64,000 nucleotides of DNA, taken from positions 38,728,788 to 38,792,787 of the forward strand of contig CM120640.1 of NCBI GenBank assembly GCA_051362555.1, in the 5' to 3' direction. This DNA comes from Lingula anatina. Its lineage: Eukaryota; Animalia; Brachiopoda. Positions 25,998-40,150 of the stretch are shown in pieces. How positions within the stretch are numbered: the first letter of the stretch is position 1; each line of letters begins with the position of its first letter. A program made the position numbers and the translations under genes. The notes beneath the pieces were generated by a model that had not been told where the DNA came from, made no database searches, and saw nothing but the letters and a program-made list of their open reading frames with translations.

Positions 25998-28900
25998 TTA
26001 GGCAATGAAGGACGAAATCTATAATAAATAAATAAATCTATTAAGTATCAGTGTGGATATTGAATGATAAGAAGAATTATATTAATCAAAACAGAAAACA
26101 TCAGTTTAAGCAGATAATTAAATGAAATATTTATTAAGCTGCCAAATATATAATTTGTTGGGTGATTGATGCATTGCATTAGGAGAGATGCAGAATTGAG
26201 CCAGAGAATGTGTTGGAAAATACCATGCTATGTATAACATTCTGATATATAAAAACAATTAGTGGTCAATTCTATGCCATGCTGGCAGTGTTAACGTGAT
26301 AAATACTGATCTCTAATCAAGCTGTTTATTGGCTGACTGAATGTGAAAAATGAAGGTGAATAGCACCATGACGTAATATTATATTTGGCAGATAGTTTGG
26401 CTCAAAACCTTACTACACTAGAATTTGGCATATTGCTTTAACAAGTGACTTTCTGACCTTTTTCTTGACGTTGATGTCTTATGAATTGTGACACTAGCTT
26501 TTGGTCACTTTCTGTATAATTACACTTGTTGCATAAAAAGTAATAAAAACTGTTAGTTAGAACCACTTTTATTTATTGTAAGTCATATGCTTATTAACTG
26601 GTATCACCTCTGTTCAAATATTCTCACTGGCAAAAGGGGTTGGTTCTTTTTCCCATTGGCTCAGATAAATGTTTATACAGTAGACTGTCAGGATGGTACA
26701 CATGGTTTAAGTATTCAAATTTTCTGTTATGGACCAAGCCTCTGAACTCTGAAAAAAATAATTGATGAAAAATTATCCCATTTTTCTTTTTTTCTTTTGA
26801 TGAATTAGAACAGCTAGCAATTCGAAGTAAGGTGGGCATAAAAGTTAAAAAGTGTGAATGCAAAATTGATATAAATTGGGGAAAACTGTTCCAAGATGGA
26901 GATTGTATTAAAGAAAAAGTCCCGTTTTGTTCATTTGTAAACAACATCGAAATACAAGATGTGAACTAGTGTGTTACGTACCTGTACCAGAGTGTTAAAG
27001 TTTTCTGTGTGTTTCTGATTAGGTAGTTAACTACAGTGCCATAAAACTTCCAGATGTTTTTTTTTTTTTTTTTTTTTTTTTTTTTGGGGGGTGGGGGTGG
27101 GGGGTACTTCTTATATTTTCTTTTCTGTAGGGAACAGAGATTACAACTAAATGATATTTTGGTATTTTTCTGTTTCCTTCATTATTGCCTCAAAATAGGG
27201 TTATTTAGACATGAGCATACGTGTTGCAATTGATTTAATATTTACTGAATATTTAATCCCAATAGAATAAATTATTTTTTCAATACGTTTATTGTGAAAA
27301 CTGTATCTTTGTTAAATTATTTACCCTGTGTACAGGCACTTAACTGTAAAATGTCAGGGGGTCAGGACTTGCATGATGGCTGTAAAGATTAAAGCTGAAA
27401 GGAAAAACATTGCTTCAGAACTTGCTTTTATTGAGGTTGAACAGTGTATTATTTGTTTTTCCTCCATGTCTCTTTGTGTTGTGCATGTGCATGCATAAGC
27501 ATTGTGTAGTTGCAGGTCAATGGTTTTTACTATAATACTGTCCAGGGCATATTTATTTGAGTATATCTCTCATAGTTAGGAAAAAAGCTATGCAAACACT
27601 CCTTGTCTTTATTAGCTTTATGCAGCTAAATTGCTGGAATGAATGCTAAAATGAAAATAACTTTTACAATGAATGGATCTAATGAAAAAATGGAATGGAT
27701 CTAAAAAAAAAAAAACAAAAACAAATGAGCTTTTTTAATATTCCTAAAATTAACAAAAATGAAAATAGATTGGTTTAGATTTTTTGTATTTTCCTTATGA
27801 CCATAAATTAAATAATAAAATTTACAACAAACTAAAGTGAATAATGTAACTCATTTCAATTGTTTATTTACATAATTTTTTGGTTGACTTCAGAGATGAC
27901 TTTTGAAACTTTTTTATTGTACAGTACATCATAGTCAGTTCAAAAAGTTACTTGCCTTTGGTAGATTAGAATATAATTTTATCAGTTTGATTGTATTCCT
28001 GTGACCAATGCTACAAATCCCCCTCTTCCTTTTTAACCAGTGACAGTGGATTATGAAAACAGAATTCATTACAAAACTGATGTTTGACAACAATGTGTCA
28101 ATATTATTGTTCCTCTTCCTCCATACACAAAGATGAAAGGAGATCCAGGTTAGGGCTGTCAGCCCCTGGTCATGACGTGTCCATGATGTGCACATGCACA
28201 TCAAAACATCAGCATCACACACACACGCACAAAAAAAAAAGAAAACAAAGCCAAGAACAATAGGAGTCTACGGTAAAGCACCAAATAGGGGTGCTTACAA
28301 AGAAAGGCAATAAAAACAAACATCGCAGACAAAAGCTTATATTTCAGTGGAGGAAGAGCAGCACCTTCTCCTTGGACACATGTAGGGGGGACTCAGTACA
28401 TGTGGATCAATACAATACAATACGAGACAGTAGTGGTTGGCTTGGTCCAGGGGCAAGAACTGCCAACATGTCAAGTGCAAGCTGTGCAAAAAGTTCTGGG
28501 GCACGGAACAGACTCTACACAATTTGATATCTCAAAAGAGGGGATGCACCTCAATTGACTTGGTGGAAACTTATGGGACTGTTTGCACACTTATTTCCTC
28601 CTCCCACTGCCACCCTTGGCACTTTTAGCACACGTGCCAACAATAACATGTTTTGACACATTTATATACTCTGCATTGTTTGTTTTCAATTTATGAAAGC
28701 TATTGAAGCTTCTAATTAATCTATAGTCTGTCATTTGTTAGAGTATTAGGCTCTACTTTTCAAGTATCAAGTTACACTTTTTAGTGTCATAAACCCTCAT
28801 GAACTTATTGCTTTAGTTGTAATATACCTCTTTGAGAAGGTATCATTTTCTTGTTATGAAATTCTTATATAGATTACTAGTGGGGGTCATCTGGTGCACA

Positions 28901-29280
28901 TCTTACTTTTGTTTCTTAAGGAAACAGAAGTAATCCTCAACACCTGAGCAATAGATGTGTTTTCTTCCCCATTATTCATCATCTGCTAGCAAAATTTTGG
29001 TCTGTAACTGTTATGTTAGGTTCAAAACAAATGTTCACGCCATTTATTAAAAAATAATCTGGTCATTAAAACTTTTTAACAAGATATTATTTAAAGGTAC
29101 AATTGTGCTAACTTGATTTCATGGAAGTTGCACTGTTATATTGCTGAGAGCTGAAGGAAGTAAATAACCTTTACTTCAAATTATTCTAAAACAAAGTTAA
29201 GTGTTGTTTACTTTATTGAATTATTTATTTAATCATTTTTTATAGTATTTTTGAAGATATATATGTAAGATCCTATAAAA

Positions 29281-29333
29281 ATATAAAAAGCATTAATTTT
29301 ATTATAGTATAATAAAATTAATGCTTTTTATAT
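29281..29333. repeat. Perfect 53-bp AT-rich palindrome (26-bp arms, 1-nt spacer)
   Basis: atataaaaagcattaattttattata-g-tataataaaattaatgctttttatat. Confidence 0.95.
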
Positions 29334-32300
29334 GTGTATTAAGACTTGTTACATTGCAAATTACTGTTGAAAGTTAAAAGTATTTTGTAAATGATTTCAA
29401 TTTTTTTGCTGATAGGCAACTTAATTTTGCTTCATCAGTTTTCATTTGATAAAGGAAGATGCTTCTTGTGTAGGATGTCCATCAGCTAATAATAACATGC
29501 AATATCTTAATATAATGCAAACAGAATTATTTTAAAGTATTATCTTTATAGAAAGGTGGTCTCAATTTGTATGTCCATTTAAATTTTTTGATACCAGTAG
29601 TGGAATATGATAAGACACCTGAAAGAAAAAAATTGAAGAAGTCCTAGCAATTTCATCTTGTCTTCTGACCAAAACAGGATTGAAAAATATGATTGCATGC
29701 TTACTGCCCTATAACCAAAAAAAAAAAAAAAAAAAAAAAAAAAAGATATAGAAAAAAGAAATATTCATTTTATTCATATAAGCGCATTCAACTTGTTTTT
29801 GCCAGTGAAGATGTTTTTGTCTGTTTCTGGTATAATTTTAAATTACTGATGTTTATTCTGTTCCTTGAAGAAAAAAAAGCTACTTGTGGTCAGTTTCAAA
29901 TCTACCAAGTGTTGGCAATTAAAGGCTTCAACCCAACATTAAAGATCAAAAGGATTCACTTAATCACTTTAATATGCTACTTTTACAACAGGTGTGCAAT
30001 ACCTAACTTCAACCAATCCCTTCCACTGCTGTCTGTTCCATATGAGAAAAAAAGGCTAATAGAACATGAAGGTTATTTCTAAACAGTCCCAGTTATATAT
30101 CTCAAGTGAAGGAACACATACCAGGAATCATTATATCCAGACTCCCGCGGCCCTATGAAAATGATGATAGCATGAGATTTACTTCATCATGTACCAAGCA
30201 AGGTAAGCCATGATTTGCATGCAATATTTATTAGAAATGACTAGTTTTATTTGTTCAACAACTGATTTCCCATTGAAATCGATGTAAATTAACCAGAGAG
30301 TGATTTCGGAAACTGCAAGTACTGATAATTGAACATAAACAAACAAACAAACAAAATATCTTAAGTGCCAGAGCTTCACAGGTGCAAAGATTGGATTATA
30401 AAATTGCTGTCTTGCGCCAAATCATTCGTCACTTGTTTACCTGTGAAATCCTCCAGGAGATAGGTAATGAGGTTAATAGTGGGCACTTGTTCATTTTTAC
30501 ATATTTTATGATTGAAGTAGCATCCTAATAGCTACTGATTAGTATTTTCTGGACAATGTTTGCCAAAAATAATACCCAGTGGATATCTCGGTGAATTTGG
30601 ACTGTGTATGTTACCAAAACAAACAATGTGGACACAAGCCAAGACTATTGCTGGTAAGTACCTCAATTCATTACCCCCATTGTTACTTTTTTCAGAAATT
30701 TTTACTATAATGTTGCTGGTTAGAAAGCACTCTTGTCATTATGATATTTACTAATGGTTTTTGGTATCAAGGGATTTAATGCATTTTTGATGACCATGAT
30801 GAACAACAGTGAATAGATTTTCTCTTTTATGCATAACCTGCATCATTTGCTTTTGTTTTCAAAAATCCTGGAATAATTTCCAGCTCTATTGTTTGTCATA
30901 ATGCCTTTCCCCCTCATGTGTCATAAATCTCATTAAAAACCTTATTGGAAACATTTCTTTTCTGGATTAAATAAAAAACAACATGTCTGAAATAATCATT
31001 CTTTTTTTTCAAATGTCTAGGTAAAAGGACACAATAGTTTTCCCTTTCCTCTTTTTGTACCTTGCAAGCACTCAGCACTCTAGGAATGCAGAATATGCCA
31101 ATATTTCCTAGGAGTTCCTAGGAGCCAAGGGTGATGGCATGAAGAAGACATATAGCTGTGCAAAATTAAAGGGCAGGTTCAATAGGTAAGGGACACCTGT
31201 TGGTGGGTTAACAGGTAAAAAAGGGATGCACTTTACATATACAGATATAAATAAAGAATTATAAATTAAATCTAAGGACTGGGTTTGTAGTTTGAGCTAT
31301 ACAGAGATTTAGGTAGGTAAAAGAATTGCCCTTATGCTGACAAGATGCTGAAGGAAAAAAATGGATTCTCTGTTTATGTTATTGTGGATTTTTCATGTAA
31401 ACAAATTATTGTTGTTTTCAGGCTGTGAATATCTGTGTTTATTTGATGTGGTTTATGGACAATACTATGTTTGGACAGTATTAGAATTTTATAGATTTGA
31501 GCTTAGGGGAATTTTAAATATTTTTTCAATGCCTAATACGAAAGAGGCTATGCAAGGGCATCATTCTCTTGGGATATGTGGATATTTCATATCTGTAAGT
31601 TTACTATCAATTGAGTCAACAGCTGAGAAAATCGACATAAACCCCATCATCAGTGGCCTTTCTTCATCTCTTTAAAAAATCAATACCTTTAATAATTTCA
31701 TGTTCATGGTTTGTTGTACATCTTCATATAAATCAATTATCGCACACTGACAACAGGCAAAATCAGCTGATCGACTTGGAAACATTCAAGCTTCACCCTG
31801 GTTACAAGCCAATTAAGGCTATAGTGGAGTGGGTAATTGTTCAAGACTTCAGGTAGTCCCATCATTGAACCCAATTCCACCCTATCACAGTGGTAACTTG
31901 GGTGCCAGTCTGAACCACTAATTGGACTTGGTGGTGCTCAGGTGTAAAAATAGCTGTTCTGTAATAACTCGACTTGTCCATTGCCTTAGCCTTAATATCT
32001 TCTCTCTTCCACAAATTTGGCAAGAGGTGTGTTAAGCAGCTGGGATTGCCAGTCCTGATTCTTTGTCTTTTAAAAATGTTATTACATATAAATATCACGT
32101 GTTTCGAGGCGCATCTTCTCCAACAGCCATGCACGGGACCAGGACCTTCAGGTGCTCTGATTGGTTCCCTTCGAGGCATTGGTAAGTGCAGCCATGACTG
32201 TTCAGATATGAGATCATCGGACCCCATATTATCTGCCTCTTACAGGGCGGCCCATGATAACCTTTGGCAAAAGATTGTTAACTGAGCATCTTGACATGTG

Positions 32301-35300
32301 AAAATACAAGAGGCCCACAGGTGGTTAACATACCTTATGGTGGCAGAAATCTGTCCATGCAACAAGATATCGATACCCGTACCATTTACTAGATACCGGT
32401 ATCTGCCCTATGCTTAGCTGTACCTTTTATGAGCTCTTAAAGAGCTGATCAGATTGCATTGTTCAAAAGTATGTGTGCGTGCCTGTTAACTCAAAAATAC
32501 TTGTTCAGATATGTGTTCACCATCAAAACATTTAAGGAATTGGTTCATTTTGCAGTGTTTCTGTATGTGATATAAGTACTTTCTGGAATCTGAGACATTT
32601 TATGCGATTGCTATATTGTTTTTGTCTTAGGGTTTGGTTGGTATATGTGTATTTAGTGCTGTTTTGTTGTGAAAAGCTCATTCACAGCATCAAATTATTT
32701 TAAATAAATGATGAAAGAGGGAGGGATAAAAAGACAACATTTCTTTAGACTAGATGCTACATTGTTTAATTGAAAATTTACCTATAATATCCCTGAAAAA
32801 AAATTTAAAAAGACGCCCTCTATAAAATGTTGCTTCCCTTTCTCTCTCTCTTTCTCTCCCCCTCTCTCTCTCTCTCTCTCTCTCTCTCAAGATACTTAAT
32901 CCTTACCCCAGCTGTTCTTTCTAATGGGAAGTTAGTGTCCCCATATTTAACCTAGTGTCAGTGTCACTGTTGGGAGTACGTGCTATGAAGAGATGTACCA
33001 ACTTTTTTTATCGTAAATATTATTAGACCACTGCTAAGTTAAAACGATGTTTGATCAATGATTTTGTTTTATTCATCAAACTGTTGCACTTGAAGTTATG
33101 AAATTTGTATCAAATTATTTTACCTTTAATGCCGACAGTGCGATTAATTTACATGATTGATGACATCAATTATATTTGTTGTCACAGACTCTGTTTATAT
33201 TAACTCAAATGTCACAAGCAGACAATCTGAGTAATTCTCCATCAGATCCCCAGGCAAACAGTATTTATTACTGTCAGCCTAATTGGGTCGGCTGTAATAA
33301 GTTGTATATACAGTTAAGTCTTTGACTCAAAGCTGATTTACCCTTAACATTAAGGACATGGGGATTACATCGATCATTTCATTTCTCCTGACAAAATTGA
33401 CCGTCCTTACCTTTGTCTGTCGGGAAGCTGTTTACCAAGATTCATTTGGATCATCTGATGATCTGGCAGGTTGTCTTGAAGGTTAGGATCTATACAGATT
33501 GATACTTGGTCAATTATCTCTCATATGTTTACAGGCTGGGAATGTGAAGGCACAGATGGAGGGAAGGGGGTGGGTAGGTCAAAGGAAAAAAGGTGGAGAC
33601 AACTATAGACTATAAATGAAAGTAAACTGAATGGAATGTGTTCAGAGAAAATACTTGCATAGTTTCAAATACTGTATCAAATGGAAAAAAATAATGAACA
33701 CTAACTTCAAAGGTTTGAATACCCAAGTAAACATTTTTAATTGAGCAAAAGACATTTTATCCAAAAAAGAATACATCTGTTTAATCTGTAATTCTTGCAA
33801 TTATCCAGTTACTAGTAATGTTTTTTTTAATTTTGATAACTAAAATGAAGATATAAATGACAAAAAACTTTCTCTTTCCTTTAATTCAATGTTATGCAAC
33901 CACCATTACTGTGAGGATGGATTACACGCATGTATTTATTTTATAATACCAATAATAGTTCATGCTGTTTCTTGTATATTTAATCATGTTAGCCTGTTGG
34001 TGTGTTTCCCAGAAAAAAAAGTAAGTAATGGCCCCCTGCTTGTTACAAATCCTGGTATTGATCATGGTACGCAAACACATCCTGTAGCAACATACTGCAC
34101 GTCTAGACCTACTTCCTGATACTGGTTGCGGTTTTGCTGAAATGAAGGAGTTTATAAGTGTTTGGATTTCTTGTGAAAATTTCTTCTGTATTTGTGTGAA
34201 AAACAAAATATCAAGGACTGAAGACTGTATGAGAGGGGAGTCATCCAAAGGCCACTTTGTACCTGCCATCTCATCATATATCTTTAGATATCTTTCTCCT
34301 TGAAACTGGTCAAAATTGTGGTTTCCTGCCAGTGCTGCAGTTGTCGCTTAGCAACTGTAAGCATTTCACACTCTGGTCTATTGATAGGGAAGTGGTTGAC
34401 CTCAGTATCTTTTCTGTTTCTTTTTCTTCTTCAGTGCACTTTTCAATTAAGAAATATGGAGAAATTTGATATTGGAATTATATAACAAAACTTGTGCATA
34501 GGCCCTCTAATCATTATTTATTCATTTATTATTTTGATCCAGAAATGTATATCTTATGTGTTGGAAATATTCTTTTCTCTCACCTTCTGTTTTTTAATAG
34601 CCTTAACTCTTAAAATAAGTATAGCTGATTTTTAGTTTTAGCCTAACCTGGTACCCCAAAAACTTTATCAATGTGGCTAAAGAATAATTTTATGTAAAAA
34701 ACAACACAGCAAAACATAGTCATCAACAAATGTAAAAACACTGTAATGTAAAAGCCATACTTATAAGTACATTATTATATTTGTCAGTAATTTCCAATTT
34801 GACTGGTGCTAGGTAGTTGCGTGTTCTGGACTGTTGCCAGTGTAGAGCTCTCTACTAGCAGATAATAGTGGGAAGAGCAAGATGGAATGGACATGATATC
34901 TGCATTTTTCTTATCAGCACATACAACAAATGAAGCATGCTGCCAAATTATTTCGAACAGTAACTACGCAATACGTCTCATTTTGCGGACACTGGGTGTT
35001 AATGCAAATGAGCAGCCATTTTGAATAAAAAGAGATGAGGATTTTATATTTCATGTCTTCTGAAAGTGGGTGTTTATCGAATTATTGAATTACCTTGGAT
35101 TGAAAATTTATTGAGAAGTTATATTACCTAACTTAAACATTATACATAGATGTTTTATACATATAAGCTTGTTTATTTATTTGGACATCTAAAATTTAAC
35201 TCCTTTTGCAGTGGCAACCTAATATTCAATAATTTAATTCTACCATGTAATTATATGCACTTAAATACAAAATAAGTAAAGTAATGGAAGAGTTATAGTA

Positions 35301-38300
35301 AAATTACACTACTGGCAGTCTTCCAAATAGATAAGATTCACAGTTTGGATAGTTATCAACATGTAGTGTACTTGAAGGCTTTCAATAGGCTTATGGCATT
35401 ACTTTATTGAACAGAAAGGCGGTTTTTACCTTTTATTTTTTAACTTTTATTAATTACCTCTTTTTTATCTTAATATATTAAATTAGAAATGTGATTTTTG
35501 TGTTAAAATTGTTTTAACTTATTGCGTTCCAGTGACAGTACAGAATTTCACCTTAAAACCCCCATTATTTCTGTTTAGTGTCTTTAGAAAATGTACAGAT
35601 GACTACATGTTGTAGAGGGGCAGAGTAGCAGGCATTTCCACGTTCTACTCAGAATACTTAATTATCTCTTTAATAGAAATTTACATTCTCCAAATTTTCC
35701 TAGCTGCTATGTCATGCATGGTTCCCAAAGCAAGCTTTGAACACAGATTAGTGATTTGACACATAGTAATAAGCCTGTTGCTATGTCTATCAGCTGACTG
35801 CAATTTACTAGAAACCCTCTGTGAAAGTTGTACTAGTATACTTGTATCTATACCATTTAGTCAAAATGCTTTATGGAATGAAACATTTTGACCCAGTTAC
35901 ATTTATGAAAACCCTAAGGATTCAACACTTTCAAAGATATACTAAGAAGTAGGATACAACTGAACGAAGAAACTTTGAACTGTTTCATGTTTCATAGTCA
36001 TTTTGACGTAAGGTGAGCTCATGGTTTATTGAGAAGACAAACAAAGCCACAAATATTTTGTTCCCAAGTGTTGTAAAATTTAGTACCCATGTCTTTTTGT
36101 TTTCTTATGTTATCTATAACCCGCATCTTCGTGGTTAGTACGGTCATTCCGTCAATATAGAACCCTGAGCATATATTTCCAGATTGTATTGTATTCAGTT
36201 TATGTATTTTAGATATAGATTTTGCGTCTTCACAAAAGTAATGAAGTAAAATGATTATGTTGTAAATGGCGGATAGATTAAGAAAAAGTTGAAAAGTTAG
36301 TTGTATGATTGATCAATATTATACAACTTAAATACCTTGTAAAAAAATTAAATTTATAGGTTTTGAAAAATCGAAATTCAAGATCACGACGAGAGATGGT
36401 TGTGCATTGCGATCGAGACGACACAGAACTTTTGTAAGAAACTGCTAAGCACAATTTGACCGCTTTTTGTAATGAATAATGAAGTGAGATTGAAATTTAG
36501 CAAGGGAAAAGTATAACCATCGAGATCAAAATTCGATCAAAGTAGTATTTCGTTTCCAGCGTTTTTGACTAGGAGAAACTTGAGTTAAAATTTAGAATAA
36601 CTGTCTGCAATATACAAATACAGTACTAGAGTAAGGTACGTAATGCATTTATACGCAACAGGATTTGGGGCGAAATTACTGTAATTAAAAGGAGAAAAAT
36701 GCTTGTTGGGAGCATTCCCAAGTAATACAGGTGCCCGACACCTGTCAAAAAAGCCATCGTTTACAGCACCAGGCACTTACAACTCCAGTTTCTCTCTGCA
36801 CCTGGAAACACCGTTTTTTTTTACACGGCAGCCGAGTATTGTTATTCATGGACCGCTGTATGCGCTTCATAGTAATATATGGGAGACCTCTGATACTATT
36901 TCTTGTTTGTTATCTGTTAACTTTGAAGCCTTAGATGTTGTAAATGATAATATATTACCTTAACTTCATTTTTAAAGAAGTAACGAGTGAACAGGAAAGA
37001 ACGCGCCGAACTTCAGCTTGTGATATTTCAAAAAGCACACGGTCTAAGTCAGTGAGATTTATTATTATATTCTTTTTGTCTTCGATGCAAATAATCTTTT
37101 AATTTAGAAGCATTTGTAATATTTGTCTCTGCTACACAGCTGTTGTAAAAGCTACTGAGTCAGTTTTTTTTAATGTTTTTAGAGGCAACCCCAAGTCGGT
37201 ATTAATTTTTGTAATTTTGTTAAAATGTGACGAATGATTTTTTCGGAAATTTAAGTTTAAAGTATGTTGCGTTTTTTTTCTCCGCCTGCTATATTCTTTA
37301 ACATAATTATTCACATGTAGAGATAATCGATTGAAAAAAGACCATCTTTTTCTGATTCTGATGTAAAATTATCGAAATACTAAAACTAGATATTTCGTTG
37401 CGTTATATTTATTTTGAAGAAGTAAAATATTTATACTTTGGAGAAATGATTTTTTTGTGTGTGTTGCTAGACTTCGGCGAAAAGTTACAGGATACAAAAT
37501 GTACAGTGCTCTCTCAAATCGCATGCGTAATAAACCAAACCCGCTCGATTTTCGTAATCTATGTGGCATCGTTGTTTTATTAAATAAGTTTATGTGGCAA
37601 TTTAGTAAGATGTAAAGGAATGCATTTTAAAGTGCAATAAAAAGTTTGAAATTGATTCGCTAACTGGACAAGACATTAAAAACGGCAACATCTTTTGCTT
37701 AAAGAAAATAGAAAAATAATAGGCATTGAAATCTCCTCGAAATGCTAAAATTATGTATGTATTCTCAACACCCCAAAAAGTATTTCGTCGACAAATATTG
37801 AATCTATTTAAATAAGATATAAATTAAAGCATAATAAACTGATTGTGAAATAAAAAATTGATATAGAATGTTCACTCAATCTGAACATCTGACATAAATG
37901 ACTTATATAACTGCCTTTATAAAATAGTGTTATTCCGTATTTTTCGTCCATTTATCACGCCCATATTTCTAACATCCTAACATCTGAAAACAAAAACACC
38001 AAGCTTAATGCTGTGTTCACTGATGCGAAGAAATTTTGTTACATTGCCATATGGAGCATAAAATAATCAATTAATTTTTCCCTATATCTTCTCTCTTTTG
38101 TTGACTCTTTAAGTGGGAATTTTATCGATAGATAAAGTTTGCAGGTTTGTGTTTCTTTTCACCAAACCCGTACAGTTATCTACACAATAATTTTGAGCTT
38201 ATAGATTTTTGTCAATTATACAGGCAGAATGATATAATATAGGTAAGTTTTTGTTTGTGAACATATTTCACCAAAGAAGAAAAATAAGACAAAAACGATG

Positions 38301-39922
38301 AGTAAGAATATAGTTTTTTATCGTAAATGAGTACGCCGTAGACGTCATCGCAGCAATGAGAAAAAAAAGATACAGAAGTAATTACGGAATTATCGACCGC
38401 TAGCTCTCTGGTATTAGTCACTGTAAAATGAATCATCGGTGTAAGTGCTCAGGACACTTCAGGTCAGGCAGATCAACTCTGGCACACGGACACGGAAACT
38501 AGGAATAGAACGCAATTATCACTCACTTCGAGCTTTTCGCTTTTCAAGTACCGCCAGTATGCTCCGATCTAGTTCAATTATGCCACAGACACAGTTTTCA
38601 ATACTCTCGTCTTTGTCGTACTGAATAATTAATATTTCACCAATTCCGCATTGCTGCAATTTTCGATGATGAAAAAAAAATTGCTGCTGTCCTGAAATTG
38701 ATTGCCGGAATTAAACTTCCAGGTAATCGCTTTTCTGAAAGTCTTTGCTGTACCTGGGGGCTCTCTCTACCTGTGTCCCTGCTGTCATTTAGAGCCTCTT
38801 AGCAGCAATAACGGAGCGCTAATCAGGCAGAACTTGTTCTCCAGGAACTGTTTTTTTCCCCATGTCAACTCGTAACATTGTGTGCGTTGCTAGGAGTTTG
38901 ATTGAAAGAGCATATACATAGCCCGAAGCGTCTTGTGGAAGAAATAATGTTGTGCAGCCGATTGCCTTGATTTTTTTGCATTAGGTTTTATGTGCGTTGT
39001 TCAAGTGGGTCGATATAATTTTCACACCTCATGGCTACGTTTTGATTAGCCCGGGTAATTACACAGCACGGTCTTGTACAATGTGAAATAAGGTTAGCTC
39101 AAGTCAGTTTTGAGGAAGTGCAGACGGATGTGAATAAAATTCCCCTGTTGCTTTCATTTATTGTTTCTGCAATCATTTACATTTAAATGTGCACTTTAGA
39201 GTGATTCTGCTGTTATTACACTGTTTGCAATTGTTTAGTTATTCGTTAGTATTCAAATTATGTTATTTGCCTTACTGTTCGCATAAGATTTTACTGTTCG
39301 TATAAGGTTACCAGGTATCTTAAATAATGTTTTCACAGTTAAGAACATAAAACCTTCTCTTATTACCAATTTGTGTGACAACGGTTGTTGTTGAACAAAT
39401 GACATTTAAGAATTGAATTTTGAAAAATATTATATTTTTGTTATGAGATACCCCTTTCCTACTCAATTTTTTTCCTATCAGAAGTGAAATACGAAACAAA
39501 TATTTCTAAGAAAGTTCGAGGTTGGAGACAAAGGCGTGCTGAAGCTAACATTTTTGTATTTGTTGAAATATTGGTAGTTCTTTTCTTTGGGACATTTTTG
39601 CATAACTCATTTCTATGTAATATCTTATTTCTTAAGCAATTTCATCAATATTGATTTATTGCTGAATGCTCAATCTGTTACTGATATTTACTTCTCTGTG
39701 TGTGACTTTATGTATAATGTGCTGTTTTGTCAAAAATTTTTGAAGGAGAAATATAATTCAGGAAATAAAAAAATATCATTTTCTCTTTTTCGTCGAAAGT
39801 TTTCTCTTAATGCATTATAGACTGAGATTTGTTATTGTCGATACCTTCAACTTACTATTTCAATGAAATAAAAGATGAATAGAAAATCTGGTTTGGCTTG
39901 TTAAATCGCAGTAATCTCCTTA

Positions 39923-40150
39923 AGCCTAGATTACGGGCGCCGTGCGATGAAATTGTCCGTACGATTTTTTTTAATGTAAGGAGCTACGGACTACGCCGAG
40001 TATGTCTACATTACATGGCCTTAAATCCGTACGGTTCCATGCGATTTCGCACGGCCGCCGTCTACCTCCGCTCAGACGCCGTACGAAAAGGGTATTACGG
40101 GCAGTATACGTTGGTCGTACGGGCATCGCATTTCAAATGTAATCTAGGCT
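39923..40150. mobile_element. PIF/Harbinger (Tourist-like) MITE, 228 bp, CpG-rich
   Basis: TIRs agcctagattac / gtaatctaggct plus subterminal gcgatg..ccgtacga / tcgtacgg..catcgc. TTA target-site duplication at 39920-39922 and 40151-40153. Confidence 0.85.

Noticed and set aside
27056-27104. Poly-T followed by G-runs as a G-quadruplex
   Set aside because: Only three G-tracts in low-complexity sequence, with no functional evidence.
31862-32285. Overlapping 121-aa (-) and 103-aa (+) ORFs
   Set aside because: No recognisable domain or supporting gene structure; likely chance ORFs.
36970-37302. Possible TTAA-flanked (Kolobok-like) element with ttaaagaa...ttctttaa ends
   Set aside because: The inverted-repeat similarity is too weak beyond 8 bp to call.
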